A stretch of 64,000 bases of DNA from an uncultured Woeseiaceae bacterium (GCA_964491485.1 CAZBGV010000003.1:4878-68877); one strand, 5' to 3'. Positions 20,192 through 30,229 are shown, counted from the stretch's first letter. Made by a program: numbers and translations. The notes: a model not told the origin generated them from the letters alone.

Positions 20192-21421
20192 TCAGCGTCG
20201 GGTATCGCTGACCTGCACGCCTTCGATCACCGTACCGACGGCGTGGCTCGTGTACTCGAACGGATCGCCGTCGTACAGCGCGAGGTCGCCGTCCTTGCCG
20301 GGCTCGAGCGAGCCGACGCGGTCCGCGACGCCGAGCAGTTTCGCCGCCTCGATCGTGAGGTGCGCGAGAGCCTGCTCGAACGTGAGGCCGTGCTGCAGCG
20401 TGATCGCCGCCTCGAACAGCACAACGCGCGTTTTTGGTACGTAGGACTCGAAGCCGCTCTGGAACGCGAACGGAATCCCGGCATCGCTGAGCTTCGCGGG
20501 TGTCGTGAAGGATATGTTCTCGAGCGGGCCGAATGCCCGCGCCATGCTCGGGTGCACGATCACCGGGACGCCCGCGGCACGGATCTCATCGACCACCAGG
20601 CAGGATTCCGCCGCGCCGTCGAGCACCAGGCGGATGTCGAACTCGTCCGCGATGCGCAGCGCGGTCACGATGTCCTGGTGGCGCTGTGCCGTGACCAGCA
20701 GCGGGATTTCTTTGCGCAGCACGCGGCCGAGCGCCTCCAGCGCGAGATCGCGCCCGCCGTTCTGCTTGTCGCCGGCGTCCGCTTGCCTTGCGAGGTATTC
20801 CTGGGCCTTGACGAGCTCGGTGCGCAGCATCGCCGCCGCCTTGCTGCGGTTGCCGGGTGAGGTGCGCCCGCTCTCACTGCCTTCCCCGACCACCGCGCCT
20901 TCACCCAGGGTCGCGGCGATCATCGCGAACGGCACCGTCACCGCGTCGCGGACCGTGTTGCCGGCGGTTTTCACGATCATGGTCTGGCCGGAAATGACCT
21001 CGCCCGGCGCATGCCCGGTGTGGACGGTCGTGATGCCGAAGCTGCGGAGCCAGGCGATGAGCGGCTCGTGCGGGTTGTACGCGTCGATCGCGCGAAGCTC
21101 CGGCTGGATCGCGGAGGAGTGCTCGATCTCGTCCTGATCCTCCGGCTGATTCAAATAGCCGGCAAGCCCGACCACCGAGTGCGCGTCGATGAGGCCCGGC
21201 GTCACCACGGCCGCCTCGAGGACCTCGACGCCGTCGGGGATGCGCACGTCCGCGGCCGGCCCGACGGCCGCGATCCGGCCGTCCTCGATCAGCACCACGC
21301 CGTTCCGGATCGGGGGCGCAGTAACGGGGTAAACCGTCTCGCCGCGTACGGCGATGTCCTGCGCGAGGGCCGTGCCGGCCAGCGCGAGCAGCGCCGCGCA
21401 CGGGGCCATCCGGGCGCTCAC
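20192..21421 (-). CDS. amidohydrolase family protein (secreted)
   Basis: Signal peptide and a VTPGLIDAHSVVG metal-binding region. Confidence 0.85.
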   Translation of the reverse strand: MSARMAPCAALLALAGTALAQDIAVRGETVYPVTAPPIRNGVVLIEDGRIAAVGPAADVRIPDGVEVLEAAVVTPGLIDAHSVVGLAGYLNQPEDQDEIEHSSAIQPELRAIDAYNPHEPLIAWLRSFGITTVHTGHAPGEVISGQTMIVKTAGNTVRDAVTVPFAMIAATLGEGAVVGEGSESGRTSPGNRSKAAAMLRTELVKAQEYLARQADAGDKQNGGRDLALEALGRVLRKEIPLLVTAQRHQDIVTALRIADEFDIRLVLDGAAESCLVVDEIRAAGVPVIVHPSMARAFGPLENISFTTPAKLSDAGIPFAFQSGFESYVPKTRVVLFEAAITLQHGLTFEQALAHLTIEAAKLLGVADRVGSLEPGKDGDLALYDGDPFEYTSHAVGTVIEGVQVSDTRR

Positions 21422-22755
21422 TGGTGCCCCTCCCCGTAGCCGTGGAAGTGCGCGGATACCGGCGTCAACGCGCCGTATCCGCCGTCGGCCACCTTGCGGT
21501 CGTCGGGATCGTCGAGGTCGAACACCTTGCGTCCCTCCACCCAGGTTTCCAGCACCCGCGTGTACACGCTGAACGGGTCGCCGGAGAGAACCACGAAATC
21601 CGCGTCCTTGCCGCGCTCGAGCGAGCCCGTGCGCTCGTCGAGACCGAGCATGCGCGCGCCCGCGAGCGTGAGCGCCTCGAGCGCCGTCTCGCGGGACATG
21701 CCGGCGCGCACGCCGAGCGCGCCCATGCGCAGCAAGAGCCGCGAGTCGGTGATGTAATCGTCGGTGTGGAAAGCGACGTCGATGCCCGCCTGCTCCACTG
21801 TCTTCGGGTTGCTGAAGTTCAGGTGCATGGCCTCGAGCTTGCCGCCGGGGGCATCGACGAGGATCAGGGAGACCGGCACGCCGCTCGCCGCGATCTCGTC
21901 GACCACACGATACGCTTCGCTCACGTGGTGCAGCACGAGCCTGAAGCCGAATTCCTTCTGCAGGCGCAGCGCCGTCATGATGTCGTCGTGGCGGTGCGTG
22001 TGGAAATGCACGATGCGCCTGCCGTCCAGTACCTCGAGCAGCGCTTCCTTCGCGAGGTCGCGGTCCGGCATCTTGTCCTCGTCGCCGTGCGCGTTCTCGA
22101 TTTTCTCGCGGTACGCGAGCGCGTCGACGAAGCGCTGGCGCATGACGGCCGCGGCCTTGGCGCGAGTGCCGGGGAACGGCGGCTCGCCCTGCGGGTTGGT
22201 GCCGTTCGCCATCTTCATGCCGCCGAGCAGCTCGCCGTCCTCATCGCGATACGCGAGATCCGCGATCGTGTTGCCGTCGCGCAGCTTGAGGTAGAGCGTC
22301 TGGCCGCTCATCAGGTGACCGGAGCCCGGCATCAGGTTCGCCGTGGTGATGCCGCCGGCGCGGGCGCGCGCGAGCCCCGAGTCGCGCACGTCGATCGCAT
22401 CGAGTACGCGGGCCGCGGGCTGGACGGGGTCGGAGGCGTCGCCGCCCGCGACGTCGCCGATGTGACTGTGCGTGTCGACGAGGCCCGGCATGATGATGCG
22501 GCCGGTGACGTCGACGGTGCGCGCGCCGCGCGGTATGCGCACGTCGCCGCGCTCGCCGACCGCCGCGATGCGGCCGTCCTCGATCACGAGCACGCCGTCC
22601 TCGATCGGCTCGCTGGCCACCGGCAGGATCGTCGCGCCGGTGAACGCCGTGGCCGCGGCGAGGGCGATCGCCGGCAGCAGCAGGACGGTGAATGCGGCAA
22701 CCCCCGCCAGCGTCACCGCGGACCGGACCGGTCCGCGAGCTATCCGCTCTCTCAT
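21418..22755 (-). CDS. amidohydrolase family protein (secreted)
   Basis: IMPGLVDTHSHIG motif. The start was set at M21 (MRERIARG). It overlaps the downstream paralogue by 4 nt. Confidence 0.85.
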   Translation of the reverse strand: MRERIARGPVRSAVTLAGVAAFTVLLLPAIALAAATAFTGATILPVASEPIEDGVLVIEDGRIAAVGERGDVRIPRGARTVDVTGRIIMPGLVDTHSHIGDVAGGDASDPVQPAARVLDAIDVRDSGLARARAGGITTANLMPGSGHLMSGQTLYLKLRDGNTIADLAYRDEDGELLGGMKMANGTNPQGEPPFPGTRAKAAAVMRQRFVDALAYREKIENAHGDEDKMPDRDLAKEALLEVLDGRRIVHFHTHRHDDIMTALRLQKEFGFRLVLHHVSEAYRVVDEIAASGVPVSLILVDAPGGKLEAMHLNFSNPKTVEQAGIDVAFHTDDYITDSRLLLRMGALGVRAGMSRETALEALTLAGARMLGLDERTGSLERGKDADFVVLSGDPFSVYTRVLETWVEGRKVFDLDDPDDRKVADGGYGALTPVSAHFHGYGEGHQ

Positions 22756-22898
22756 TGCTTCTTCTCGAGACGGTGGAGGCGGCACACGATACCGCATCGG
22801 CCGCGCGCTCGTCACCCGCCGTGCGCCTGCTATGCTACCTGGACGAACGCTGGGGAGGGTGCTGCTCGAGCGCGGCCGGGTTGCCGCAGGAGATCGAC

Positions 22899-23102
22899 AT
22901 GAGCGTAGCGAAAGTATCGGAAATCACCGCCTCCTCGACCACGAGCTTCGAGGATGCCATCACGCAGGGCATCAAGCGCTTCTGCAAGACCGTGGAGGGT
23001 GTGCAGGGCGCCTGGGTGAGTGAGCAGAAGGTCAAGATCTCCGGCGATGCGATCTCGGAATATCGCGTCACCATGAAGGTGACGTTCATCGTCAACGACT
23101 GA
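22899..23102 (+). CDS. dodecin-family flavin-binding protein
   Basis: 67 aa, MSVAKVSEITASSTTSFEDAI..YRVTMKVTF. AGGAG lies 6 nt upstream of the ATG. Confidence 0.8.
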   Translation: MSVAKVSEITASSTTSFEDAITQGIKRFCKTVEGVQGAWVSEQKVKISGDAISEYRVTMKVTFIVND

Positions 23103-23254
23103 GGCCGGCCTGCCGCGGAGGCGGCGGAACACCCGCGCGCCGGCAGGAGAGAGCTGCCGGGCGGCTACGCGCGCCGCCGCGGCCGCGGGCCGCGCGTCGG
23201 CTGCGCGCGCCCGCGGGCGGGTGTCTGCACACGCATGCACAGAGAGGGAAAGCC

Positions 23255-24730
23255 ATGCGCTACCGTCACGATCCCGAAGGCCACCGGCTGCCGATCAGGA
23301 TCGACACGACGTCGAACGGCGAATTCGCACCGATCCCGCTTTCCGTGCGCAATCTCGCGGGCAACCGGCTGGCGCACGAAAGCGCGAGCCGCTGTGCGCG
23401 CCGCCTCGGGCTGTCACGCCGCGATTTCCTCGTATCGAGCTGCGGCGCGGCGAGCACGCTGCTCGCGTTCAACGAGGTGAATGCCGCGATGGGCAGGACC
23501 GGCGGGCGCTTCGCGATCGAGCGCGAGGCGGCGCTCGATCAGGCCGCGGCCGCGGCAGCGCTCGAAGGGCGCGAGTTCATCTTCGACGTGCAGGGGCATT
23601 TCGTGAATCCGGAAGGCCGGTGGCTGCGCGACGATCCGTCGCGTGGCGACGGGTTCCGCTTCGAAAAGACCCACTGCCCGCTTGCGGAGCAGCCGGGGCG
23701 GAACAGCCATCTGGAATGCATCGGGCCGGACGAGTTCGTGAAGGATGTCTTCCTCGACAGCGACACCGACATGATGGTGCTCTCCTTCGTGCCGTCGAGC
23801 CGCGAGGCCGAGCCGTTGACCATCGAGGAAGCGGCGGCGACGCGCGAGATCGTCGCCAACCTGAAGGGCAACCACCGCCTGCTGCTGCACGGCCGCGTGA
23901 ACCCGAACCAGGCAGGGGATCTCGAGGCCATGAACGAGCTGAAGGAGCGCTGGGACGTCTGCGGCTGGAAGACCTACACGCAATACGGGCCGAACGGCAA
24001 GGGGTTTTTCCTCTCCGACGAGAACACGGGCATACCGTTCATCGAGAAGGCCCGCGCCCTCGGTGTTCGCATCGTGTGCGTGCACAAGGGGCTGCCGTTC
24101 GGCCCGCGCTCCTACGAGCACAGCCAGTGCAGCGACATCGGCGTCGTTGCGAAGCGCTATCCCGACGTCGACTTCCTCGTCTATCACTCGGGTTTTGTCG
24201 CGGGCAAGGCGGAAGGGCCGTACACCGGCGACGGCTCCGGCGACGGCATCGATACGCTGGTGAAATCCCTCGTCGACAACGGTATACCGCCGAACAGCAA
24301 CGTCTATGCGGAGCTCGGCAGCACCTGGCGCTTCCTCATGCGCGATCCCGACAGCGCCGCGCACGCGCTCGGCAAGCTCCTCAAGTATTGCGGCGAGGAC
24401 AACGTGCTTTGGGGGACGGATTCGATCTGGTACGGCTCGCCGCAGGACCAGATCCAGGCGTTCCGCACGTTCACGATTTCCGAGGAGTACCAGGAGCGCT
24501 GGGGTTATCCGGCGATCACGCCTGCGCTGCGCGCGAAAATCTTCGGTCTGAACGCAACGCGCCCGTACCGGATCGACGTCGACGAAGTGCGGCTGCGGGC
24601 GAGCGGCGACGACGTCGCGCGCCGCCGCGCCGACTATCTCGACCGGCGCGACCCGAGCTTTCTGACGTTCGGCCCGAAGACGCGGCGGGAGTTCCTGAGC
24701 CTCAAGCGCTGGGAAGGGGCGCGCGGCTGA
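23255..24730 (+). CDS. amidohydrolase-2-like TIM-barrel metal hydrolase
   Basis: 491 aa with an RRDFL Tat-like N-terminus and a C-terminal WGTDSIWYGSPQ pattern. Confidence 0.7.
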   Translation: MRYRHDPEGHRLPIRIDTTSNGEFAPIPLSVRNLAGNRLAHESASRCARRLGLSRRDFLVSSCGAASTLLAFNEVNAAMGRTGGRFAIEREAALDQAAAAAALEGREFIFDVQGHFVNPEGRWLRDDPSRGDGFRFEKTHCPLAEQPGRNSHLECIGPDEFVKDVFLDSDTDMMVLSFVPSSREAEPLTIEEAAATREIVANLKGNHRLLLHGRVNPNQAGDLEAMNELKERWDVCGWKTYTQYGPNGKGFFLSDENTGIPFIEKARALGVRIVCVHKGLPFGPRSYEHSQCSDIGVVAKRYPDVDFLVYHSGFVAGKAEGPYTGDGSGDGIDTLVKSLVDNGIPPNSNVYAELGSTWRFLMRDPDSAAHALGKLLKYCGEDNVLWGTDSIWYGSPQDQIQAFRTFTISEEYQERWGYPAITPALRAKIFGLNATRPYRIDVDEVRLRASGDDVARRRADYLDRRDPSFLTFGPKTRREFLSLKRWEGARG

Positions 24731-24734
24731 GGCT

Positions 24735-25619
24735 TCAGAAGATCCAGCGGATGCCGAAGCCGACCCGGTCCGCAGGCGCCCCGTCGAGTGCGACGCGCTC
24801 GCCGTTGGCGAGCGTCATCCCGTAGCGCTGGTCGAGCTGCCGCCCGAGGCTGAACGACAGTGCGAGCGACGGCCGCACGCGCCACTCGGTCGTCCACTCG
24901 AGCGCAACGGCTTCGTACACCAGCCGCGAGCTCGCCGCGAGCTCGCGATCCGCGACCTGCCATTCATTGCCGTCCGGTGCGACGGCGAGCGTGGAGCGCA
25001 CGCGTCGCGAAGGCTCGAAGCGAACGCTCGTCACCGGAAAGCCGAGGTCGAGCTGCCAGTGTGCATCCGGGCGCCAGGTGACGGCGGCCACCGGATACAG
25101 CGCGTATTCCCCGAAGCGATGGTCCCCGCACACGCCGTAGCGCACGCTGAAGCGGTGCGACAGGCGCGTCCTCGCCACCGCGGCGGCGAGCAGCGTGAAG
25201 CTTTCGCCGTCCCATTCACGCGGCCTCCTGTAAACGTTCGAGGACGTCGAGAGCGCCGGCGCGACGCTGACGCGCCAGCGGCGGGCAGCGCCGAAGCGCC
25301 AGTGCAGCGGGATCCAGGACGTGTGCAGGTGGCCGTTGGTCTGCGGCTCGATCCCGGAAAACCCGAAAATCTGGTAACGGTGCGCGAGGCCCCAGGTGAA
25401 GCGGCCGGCGCCGCCTGCGACGCCCAGCGCGAAATCGCGCGTGTCCTGGTCCGTGGCGCCGCTGCCCGGCGCGAGCGCGGCGCGTGCGTGAGCGACGAAG
25501 GCGACGGAGGCGAACGAATACGGCTCCGGCGCCTCGCACACGGCGGGCGACGGCCGCGCGGCCGCGGGCCACGCGACGGCCAGCAATCCACAGACGGTCA
25601 GGCCGCGGAAGCTCTGCAT
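24735..25619 (-). CDS. putative outer-membrane beta-barrel protein
   Basis: Signal peptide, alternating amphipathic strands, and a C-terminal GFGIRWIF ending in Phe. Confidence 0.55.
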   Translation of the reverse strand: MQSFRGLTVCGLLAVAWPAAARPSPAVCEAPEPYSFASVAFVAHARAALAPGSGATDQDTRDFALGVAGGAGRFTWGLAHRYQIFGFSGIEPQTNGHLHTSWIPLHWRFGAARRWRVSVAPALSTSSNVYRRPREWDGESFTLLAAAVARTRLSHRFSVRYGVCGDHRFGEYALYPVAAVTWRPDAHWQLDLGFPVTSVRFEPSRRVRSTLAVAPDGNEWQVADRELAASSRLVYEAVALEWTTEWRVRPSLALSFSLGRQLDQRYGMTLANGERVALDGAPADRVGFGIRWIF

Positions 25620-25675
25620 GCACCGGGAAGTTACACGCCCGACGCGGGCGCGTGCACTCCCGTGCGGTGCGGCGG

Positions 25676-25691
25676 TGGCACGGAAGTTGCT
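25676..25691 (+). promoter_or_regulatory. sigma54 -24/-12 promoter candidate upstream of the BON-domain gene
   Basis: TGGCAC-GGAAG-TTGCT, about 60 nt before ATG 25753. Confidence 0.7.
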
Positions 25692-25752
25692 CCAAGCCTC
25701 GAACGCGCCGGCACCTGCCGGCGCTCGGAACGCCGCGGGCAGGAGAGAAGCG

Positions 25753-26562
25753 ATGGCACGGGAAGACGAGCGACGACGCGGGCCGGAGCGTGGCTGGCGC
25801 AGGGAGCGGGACCGCTGGTCGTCCGAGAGCGCCCGGCGCAGCGTGCGCGGCGACGACGAGAGCGGCAGCGAATACGAGGACGAGGAGCCCGGTCCGCCGC
25901 GCGCCTGGCGCAGCCAGCGCGTCGAGCGCCGCGAGTTCAGGCCTGACGAGCGCGGCCGCTACCGCGCCTCGGGCCGCCGCGACGATACCGGCTACGGCAA
26001 CGAGTGGCCCGAGGATCATCGCGGCGATTTCTCAGGCCAGCTGCCCGAGCGGGATCGCGACGCGTATTCGGAGCGCCAGTCCGGGCCGTATCGCAGCCCG
26101 GTCAGCGGCCGCCCCGTGAGCGAGGAACAGTATCGCCAGGAGGCGCACTGGCACCGCAGCGAGCCCTATACCGGGTTTTCCGGCAGGGTTTCCGAGTTCG
26201 GCTACGAGGATCCGACCTGGGCCGCGCCGCAGATGGGCCGGAGCGGCGGCGCCGCCGGGCGGCGCTTTCCGCCGCCCGGCAGCGGTTTCAGGGGCGTGGG
26301 CCCGCGCAACTACACGCGTTCCGACGAACGCATCCGCGAGGACGTCTGCGAGCAACTGGCGGAGGACGGCGCGGTGGACGCGAGCCACCTCGACGTCGAG
26401 GTCGAACAGGGGCGGGTGGTCCTGTCGGGCACCGTGCCGGAGCGCTACATGAAGCATCGCGCCGAGGACATCGCGGACGGCTGCCGGGGCGTGCAGGACG
26501 TCGAGAATCGCATTCGCGTCGAGCGGCCGCCGGCCGCGAGCCGCGAAGCCGGCGGGGAATAG
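25753..26562 (+). CDS. BON-domain protein with Arg/Glu-rich disordered N-terminal region
   Basis: AGGAGAG lies before the ATG. The C-terminus reads YTRSDERIREDVCEQL..VEVEQGRVVLSGTV..VENRIRV (BON). Confidence 0.8.
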   Translation: MAREDERRRGPERGWRRERDRWSSESARRSVRGDDESGSEYEDEEPGPPRAWRSQRVERREFRPDERGRYRASGRRDDTGYGNEWPEDHRGDFSGQLPERDRDAYSERQSGPYRSPVSGRPVSEEQYRQEAHWHRSEPYTGFSGRVSEFGYEDPTWAAPQMGRSGGAAGRRFPPPGSGFRGVGPRNYTRSDERIREDVCEQLAEDGAVDASHLDVEVEQGRVVLSGTVPERYMKHRAEDIADGCRGVQDVENRIRVERPPAASREAGGE

Positions 26563-26604
26563 CCCGCGCGAAAGGGCGCCAGGCGCCCCCGCGTTGAAAG
26601 CCGG

Positions 26605-26631
26605 GCGCATTGCGGGGACAATGCGCGTTTT
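26605..26631 (+). terminator. Rho-independent terminator after the BON gene
   Basis: gcgcattg-cgggga-caatgcgc followed by gtttt. Confidence 0.65.
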
Positions 26632-26645
26632 CCCGGTATGTGTTG

Positions 26646-28058
26646 ATGAGCCCACAGAGCGGCTTTTTCGCAAGCCTCAATCACATGGTCGACCGCGCCT
26701 TCGGCGCAATGGACCTGCCGAAAGGGCTCACCGAGCAGATCAAGGCCACGAGGTCCCTGTACCGGGTGAATTTCCCGGTCGAGATCGGCGGCGAGGTCCG
26801 GGTGTTCACCGGGTGGCGGGCGGTGCACAGCGAGCACCGGCTGCCTGCGAAGGGCGGCATCCGCTATTCCCCGATGGTGAACCGCGACGAGATCGAGGCG
26901 CTCGCCGCACTCATGTCGTACAAGTGCGCCATCGTCGACGTGCCTTTCGGCGGTTCCAAGGGCGGGCTCGAGATCGATCCCGCCGCCTACTCGGAGGCCG
27001 ACCTCCGGCAGATCACCAAGCGCTTCGCCTACGAGCTGGCGAAAAAGGGCTACATCAGCCCGGCGGAGAACGTGCCGGCCCCGGACGTCGGCACCGGCGA
27101 GCGCGAGATGGCGTGGATCGCCGACACCTACCGCATGCTGCACCCGCACGATCTGAACGCGCTCGCCTGCGTCACCGGCAAGCCGGTCACCCAGGGCGGG
27201 ATCGTCGGCCGCACCGAGGCGACGGGGCGCGGGGTGCATTACGCGCTCGCCGAGTTCTTCCGTCATCCCGAGGACGTGCAGGCCGCCGGCCTGTCCGGCA
27301 CGCTGGCCGGCAAGCGCATCGTCGTGCAGGGACTCGGCAACGTCGGTTATCACGCCGCGAAATTCCTGCAGGAAGACGGCGCGCTGATCGTCGGCATCGG
27401 CGAGCGCGACGGTGCGCTGTGGTCGGACAAGGGGCTCGACGTCGAGAGCGTGCGGAAGTTCCTGTCGGAGTCGGGGGGCGTCGCGAATTACGGCGGCGCC
27501 GAGTTCATTGCGGAGGGCGCCCGGGTGCTGGAGCAGGACTGCGACATCCTGATTCCGGCCGCGCTCGAGAACCAGCTGACCGCCGCCAACGCGGAGCGGA
27601 TCCGCGCGCCGCTGATCGTCGAAGCCGCGAACGGGCCCACGACGTTCGAAGCCGACGAGATCCTGCGGCGGCGCGGCAGGACCATCCTGCCGGACATCTT
27701 CTGCAACGCGGGCGGCGTGACCGTCTCCTATTTCGAGTGGGTCAAGAACGTCTCGCACATCCGCTTCGGGCGCCTCGACCGGCGCCTCGAGGAGGCCCGC
27801 GGCCGGCAGATCGTCGCGATCGTGGAGCAGGCAACCGGACAGCGCATCCCGGAGCACCTTGCCGCGCCGCTCGAGTCCGGCGCCGGCGAGCTGGACGTCG
27901 TGCGCTCCGGCCTCGACGACACGATGCGGCTCGCCTGGAACAGCATCCGCGAGATTCGCCTGACCCGGAAGAACGTTCCCGACTACCGCACCGCGGCCTT
28001 CGTTCTCGCCCTCGACAAGATAGCCCGCGCCTATCTCGAGTTCGGGATCGGCTACTGA
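26646..28058 (+). CDS. Glu/Leu/Phe/Val dehydrogenase family (glutamate dehydrogenase-like)
   Basis: KGGIRYSP..VPFGGSKGG catalytic motif and a GLGNVG NAD(P) fold. Confidence 0.9.
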   Translation: MSPQSGFFASLNHMVDRAFGAMDLPKGLTEQIKATRSLYRVNFPVEIGGEVRVFTGWRAVHSEHRLPAKGGIRYSPMVNRDEIEALAALMSYKCAIVDVPFGGSKGGLEIDPAAYSEADLRQITKRFAYELAKKGYISPAENVPAPDVGTGEREMAWIADTYRMLHPHDLNALACVTGKPVTQGGIVGRTEATGRGVHYALAEFFRHPEDVQAAGLSGTLAGKRIVVQGLGNVGYHAAKFLQEDGALIVGIGERDGALWSDKGLDVESVRKFLSESGGVANYGGAEFIAEGARVLEQDCDILIPAALENQLTAANAERIRAPLIVEAANGPTTFEADEILRRRGRTILPDIFCNAGGVTVSYFEWVKNVSHIRFGRLDRRLEEARGRQIVAIVEQATGQRIPEHLAAPLESGAGELDVVRSGLDDTMRLAWNSIREIRLTRKNVPDYRTAAFVLALDKIARAYLEFGIGY

Positions 28059-28080
28059 GCGCCAACCAGAGTCTGCCGCA

Positions 28081-28884
28081 GTGAACGACAGCCGGAACCT
28101 CGCGGTTTTCTGCGATTTCGAGAACGTGGCTCTCGGCGTCCGCGATGCCCGCTACGCGAAATTCGACATTCGCCCCGTGCTCGAGCGGCTGCTGGTGAAG
28201 GGCAGCATCGTCACGAAAAAGGCGTATTGCGACTGGGATCGCTACAAGGAATTCAAGCCGGCGATGCACGAGGCGGCGTTCGAGCTCATCGAAGTCCCGC
28301 ACATCAAGATGTCGGGCAAGAATTCGGCCGACATCCGCCTGGTCGTCGATGCGCTCGATCTCTGCTACACGAAGGAGCACATCGACACCTTCGTCATCAT
28401 CTCCGGCGATTCGGATTTCTCGCCGCTCGTCAGCAAGCTGCGCGAAAACAACAAGACCGTGATCGGCGTCGGGGTGAAGAACTCGACGTCCGATCTCCTG
28501 ATCGCAAACTGCGACGAATTCATCTTCTACGACGAGCTGGTCGCCGGGCCCGGCGAGGGCGAGCGCGGGCGCGGCCGGCGCACGAAAAAGGCGGCCCGCA
28601 AGGAGCCCGAGAAAAAGCCGCAGGAGGATCCGGCGGGTGAAGCCATCGGCCTCGTGCTCGAGACGATCGAGGCGCTGTACGCCGAGCGCGGGGACAGCAC
28701 CAAGCTCTGGGGCTCGATGGTCAAGCAGGCGTTGAAGCGCCGGCGGCCGGGCTTCAACGAATCGTCCTACGGCTTCCGCTCGTTCAGCGAGCTGCTCGAG
28801 GAAGCGCAGGCGCGTGGCCTGGTCGAGCTCGAGCTCGACGAGAAATCCGGCGGCTACGTCATCCGCAACGTTTCGCACCCGTAA
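28081..28884 (+). CDS. NYN (LabA-like) nuclease domain + OST-HTH/LOTUS domain protein
   Basis: GTG start. The NYN core reads FCDFENV..NSADIRLVVDA..IISGDSDFSPL. A basic linker follows, then the C-terminal LOTUS-like segment LWGSMVKQALKRRRPGFNESSYGFRSFSELL. Confidence 0.85.
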   Translation: MNDSRNLAVFCDFENVALGVRDARYAKFDIRPVLERLLVKGSIVTKKAYCDWDRYKEFKPAMHEAAFELIEVPHIKMSGKNSADIRLVVDALDLCYTKEHIDTFVIISGDSDFSPLVSKLRENNKTVIGVGVKNSTSDLLIANCDEFIFYDELVAGPGEGERGRGRRTKKAARKEPEKKPQEDPAGEAIGLVLETIEALYAERGDSTKLWGSMVKQALKRRRPGFNESSYGFRSFSELLEEAQARGLVELELDEKSGGYVIRNVSHP

Positions 28885-29007
28885 CGTTCGTTCGCATCTT
28901 CCTGCGCACGCCGTTTGCCCGTGCAGGAATTACCGTTGGCGGCATTTTTTTCAAGCCGCGGCGCTTGCGCGTTCCTGCGCCTGTCGCAATGCGGTTCGCT
29001 CGTGCGC

Positions 29008-29023
29008 TGGCACGCTTATTGCT
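29008..29023 (+). promoter_or_regulatory. sigma54 -24/-12 promoter candidate upstream of the 75-aa ORF
   Basis: TGGCAC-GCTTA-TTGCT, about 47 nt before ATG 29070. Confidence 0.65.
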
Positions 29024-29069
29024 CCCCTCAGGGCACTTTCGTACGAGACGCCAACCAGAGAGGAATGCG

Positions 29070-29297
29070 ATGATCAAGCGCCTGAGCAAGGCCAGACGGA
29101 CGGCCATACTCGAGCACCTGCAGGCACTCGAAAGACAGATTCGTGAGGAGTTCGGGGAAGATCCGGGCTCCCGGCGCAACACCAGGCATTTGTCCGAGAG
29201 CGACCTGAGGTCCAGCCGTCCTCCCGCTCTCCAGGGAAGCGGCGCCGACGAGAGCCGCACCATCGCCAACGAGTTCACGGCGCGCTCCGTGCACTGA
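29070..29297 (+). CDS. hypothetical 75-aa hydrophilic protein
   Basis: Internal ATG of track ORF 28965..29297, preceded by AGAGAGGA. A sigma54 promoter lies upstream and a hairpin downstream. I recognise no family. Confidence 0.45.
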   Translation: MIKRLSKARRTAILEHLQALERQIREEFGEDPGSRRNTRHLSESDLRSSRPPALQGSGADESRTIANEFTARSVH

Positions 29298-29305
29298 CGT
29301 AAACC

Positions 29306-29327
29306 GGCGGCGCCTGCGGGCGCCGCC
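29306..29327 (+). terminator. GC-rich hairpin after the 75-aa ORF
   Basis: ggcggcgcc-tgcg-ggcgccgcc with a weak U-tract. Confidence 0.4.
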
Positions 29328-29489
29328 GCGTCGTTCCGCCGTACCCGCGCCGCGGGTCGGCCACGGAGCCGCTGGCCGGCGACGCCTGCGCGTTGTCGTG
29401 CTTACGTGCCGCGCGTGACAACTTTACAACGCCGGCAAGAATTACCACGGGGCGGGCGCAGGGCGCCCGGCCCGCACGGCGCTGCCTGC

Positions 29490-29505
29490 TGGCACGGGAA
29501 TTGCT
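29490..29505 (+). promoter_or_regulatory. sigma54 -24/-12 promoter candidate upstream of the PRC-barrel lipoprotein gene
   Basis: TGGCAC-GGGAA-TTGCT, about 90 nt before ATG 29596. Confidence 0.7.
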
Positions 29506-29595
29506 TGAAGCTTTCGGCGGCCGCCCGGGGCAACAGAAAGGAAGGTGTTGGACGCGGCCGACGGTTCCGCAAATCAGGCAGCAGGGAGTTCCGAT

Positions 29596-30222
29596 ATGAC
29601 TAGCAAAGGACGTATGGCTATCTGGGCAGGCAGCGCGCTGCTCGCGTGGGGCATGCTCGCCGGCTGCGACACCGGCAACCAGAACCAGCAGGAGCCCGCC
29701 GCGCCGGCCAGTGAGAGCGACTCGGGCGACAACATGGCCATGTACGAGCCCGGCGACAAGGCGAACGACCAGGCCGGCAACGCCGAGGACACCTACGGCA
29801 GCCCGTCGACGGCCAACCCGCCCGGGGCAACGGGGCAGGCCGATTCCGGGACGGGCGCCGGGCAGACACAGCAGCCCGGCATGGGCGCAGGCGCGGGCGC
29901 CAGTCTCGAGAGCATGGCCGCCGACCAGATCGTCGGCAAGACGATCGTCAGCCGCCAGGGCGAGGAGATCGGCGAGGTGAACGACGTCGTGACCGATCCG
30001 ACCAGCGGCCAGAAGTTCGCCGTGGTGGATGTCGGCGGTTTTCTCGGCGTGGGCCAGAAGAGCATCGTGATCGGGCTGGACGAGCTGCAGATGAGCACCA
30101 CGGGTGGCGGCGACCGCCTGCAGAGCGACCTGACGCGCGAGGAGCTCCAGACCAAGACCGAATACGCGCCGGAGGATTACAAGTCCCTGACCGGTAAGAG
30201 CGGGCAGGATACGACGCAATGA
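29596..30222 (+). CDS. PRC-barrel domain lipoprotein
   Basis: Lipobox LAGC, a low-complexity acidic linker, and C-terminal IVGKTIVSRQGEEIGEVNDVV..FAVVDVGGFLGVG (PRC barrel). Confidence 0.75.
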   Translation: MTSKGRMAIWAGSALLAWGMLAGCDTGNQNQQEPAAPASESDSGDNMAMYEPGDKANDQAGNAEDTYGSPSTANPPGATGQADSGTGAGQTQQPGMGAGAGASLESMAADQIVGKTIVSRQGEEIGEVNDVVTDPTSGQKFAVVDVGGFLGVGQKSIVIGLDELQMSTTGGGDRLQSDLTREELQTKTEYAPEDYKSLTGKSGQDTTQ

Positions 30223-30229
30223 CGATAGC

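Noticed and set aside
22873-22888. CGGCCG-GGTTG-CCGCA with GG-N10-GC spacing upstream of the dodecin gene. CGGTAC..CGCGC upstream of the yqjD-like gene (about 30264-30280) was also considered.
   Set aside because: In the first, only GG and GC match. Such strings are expected by chance in GC-rich DNA. The second has the wrong spacing (9 nt).
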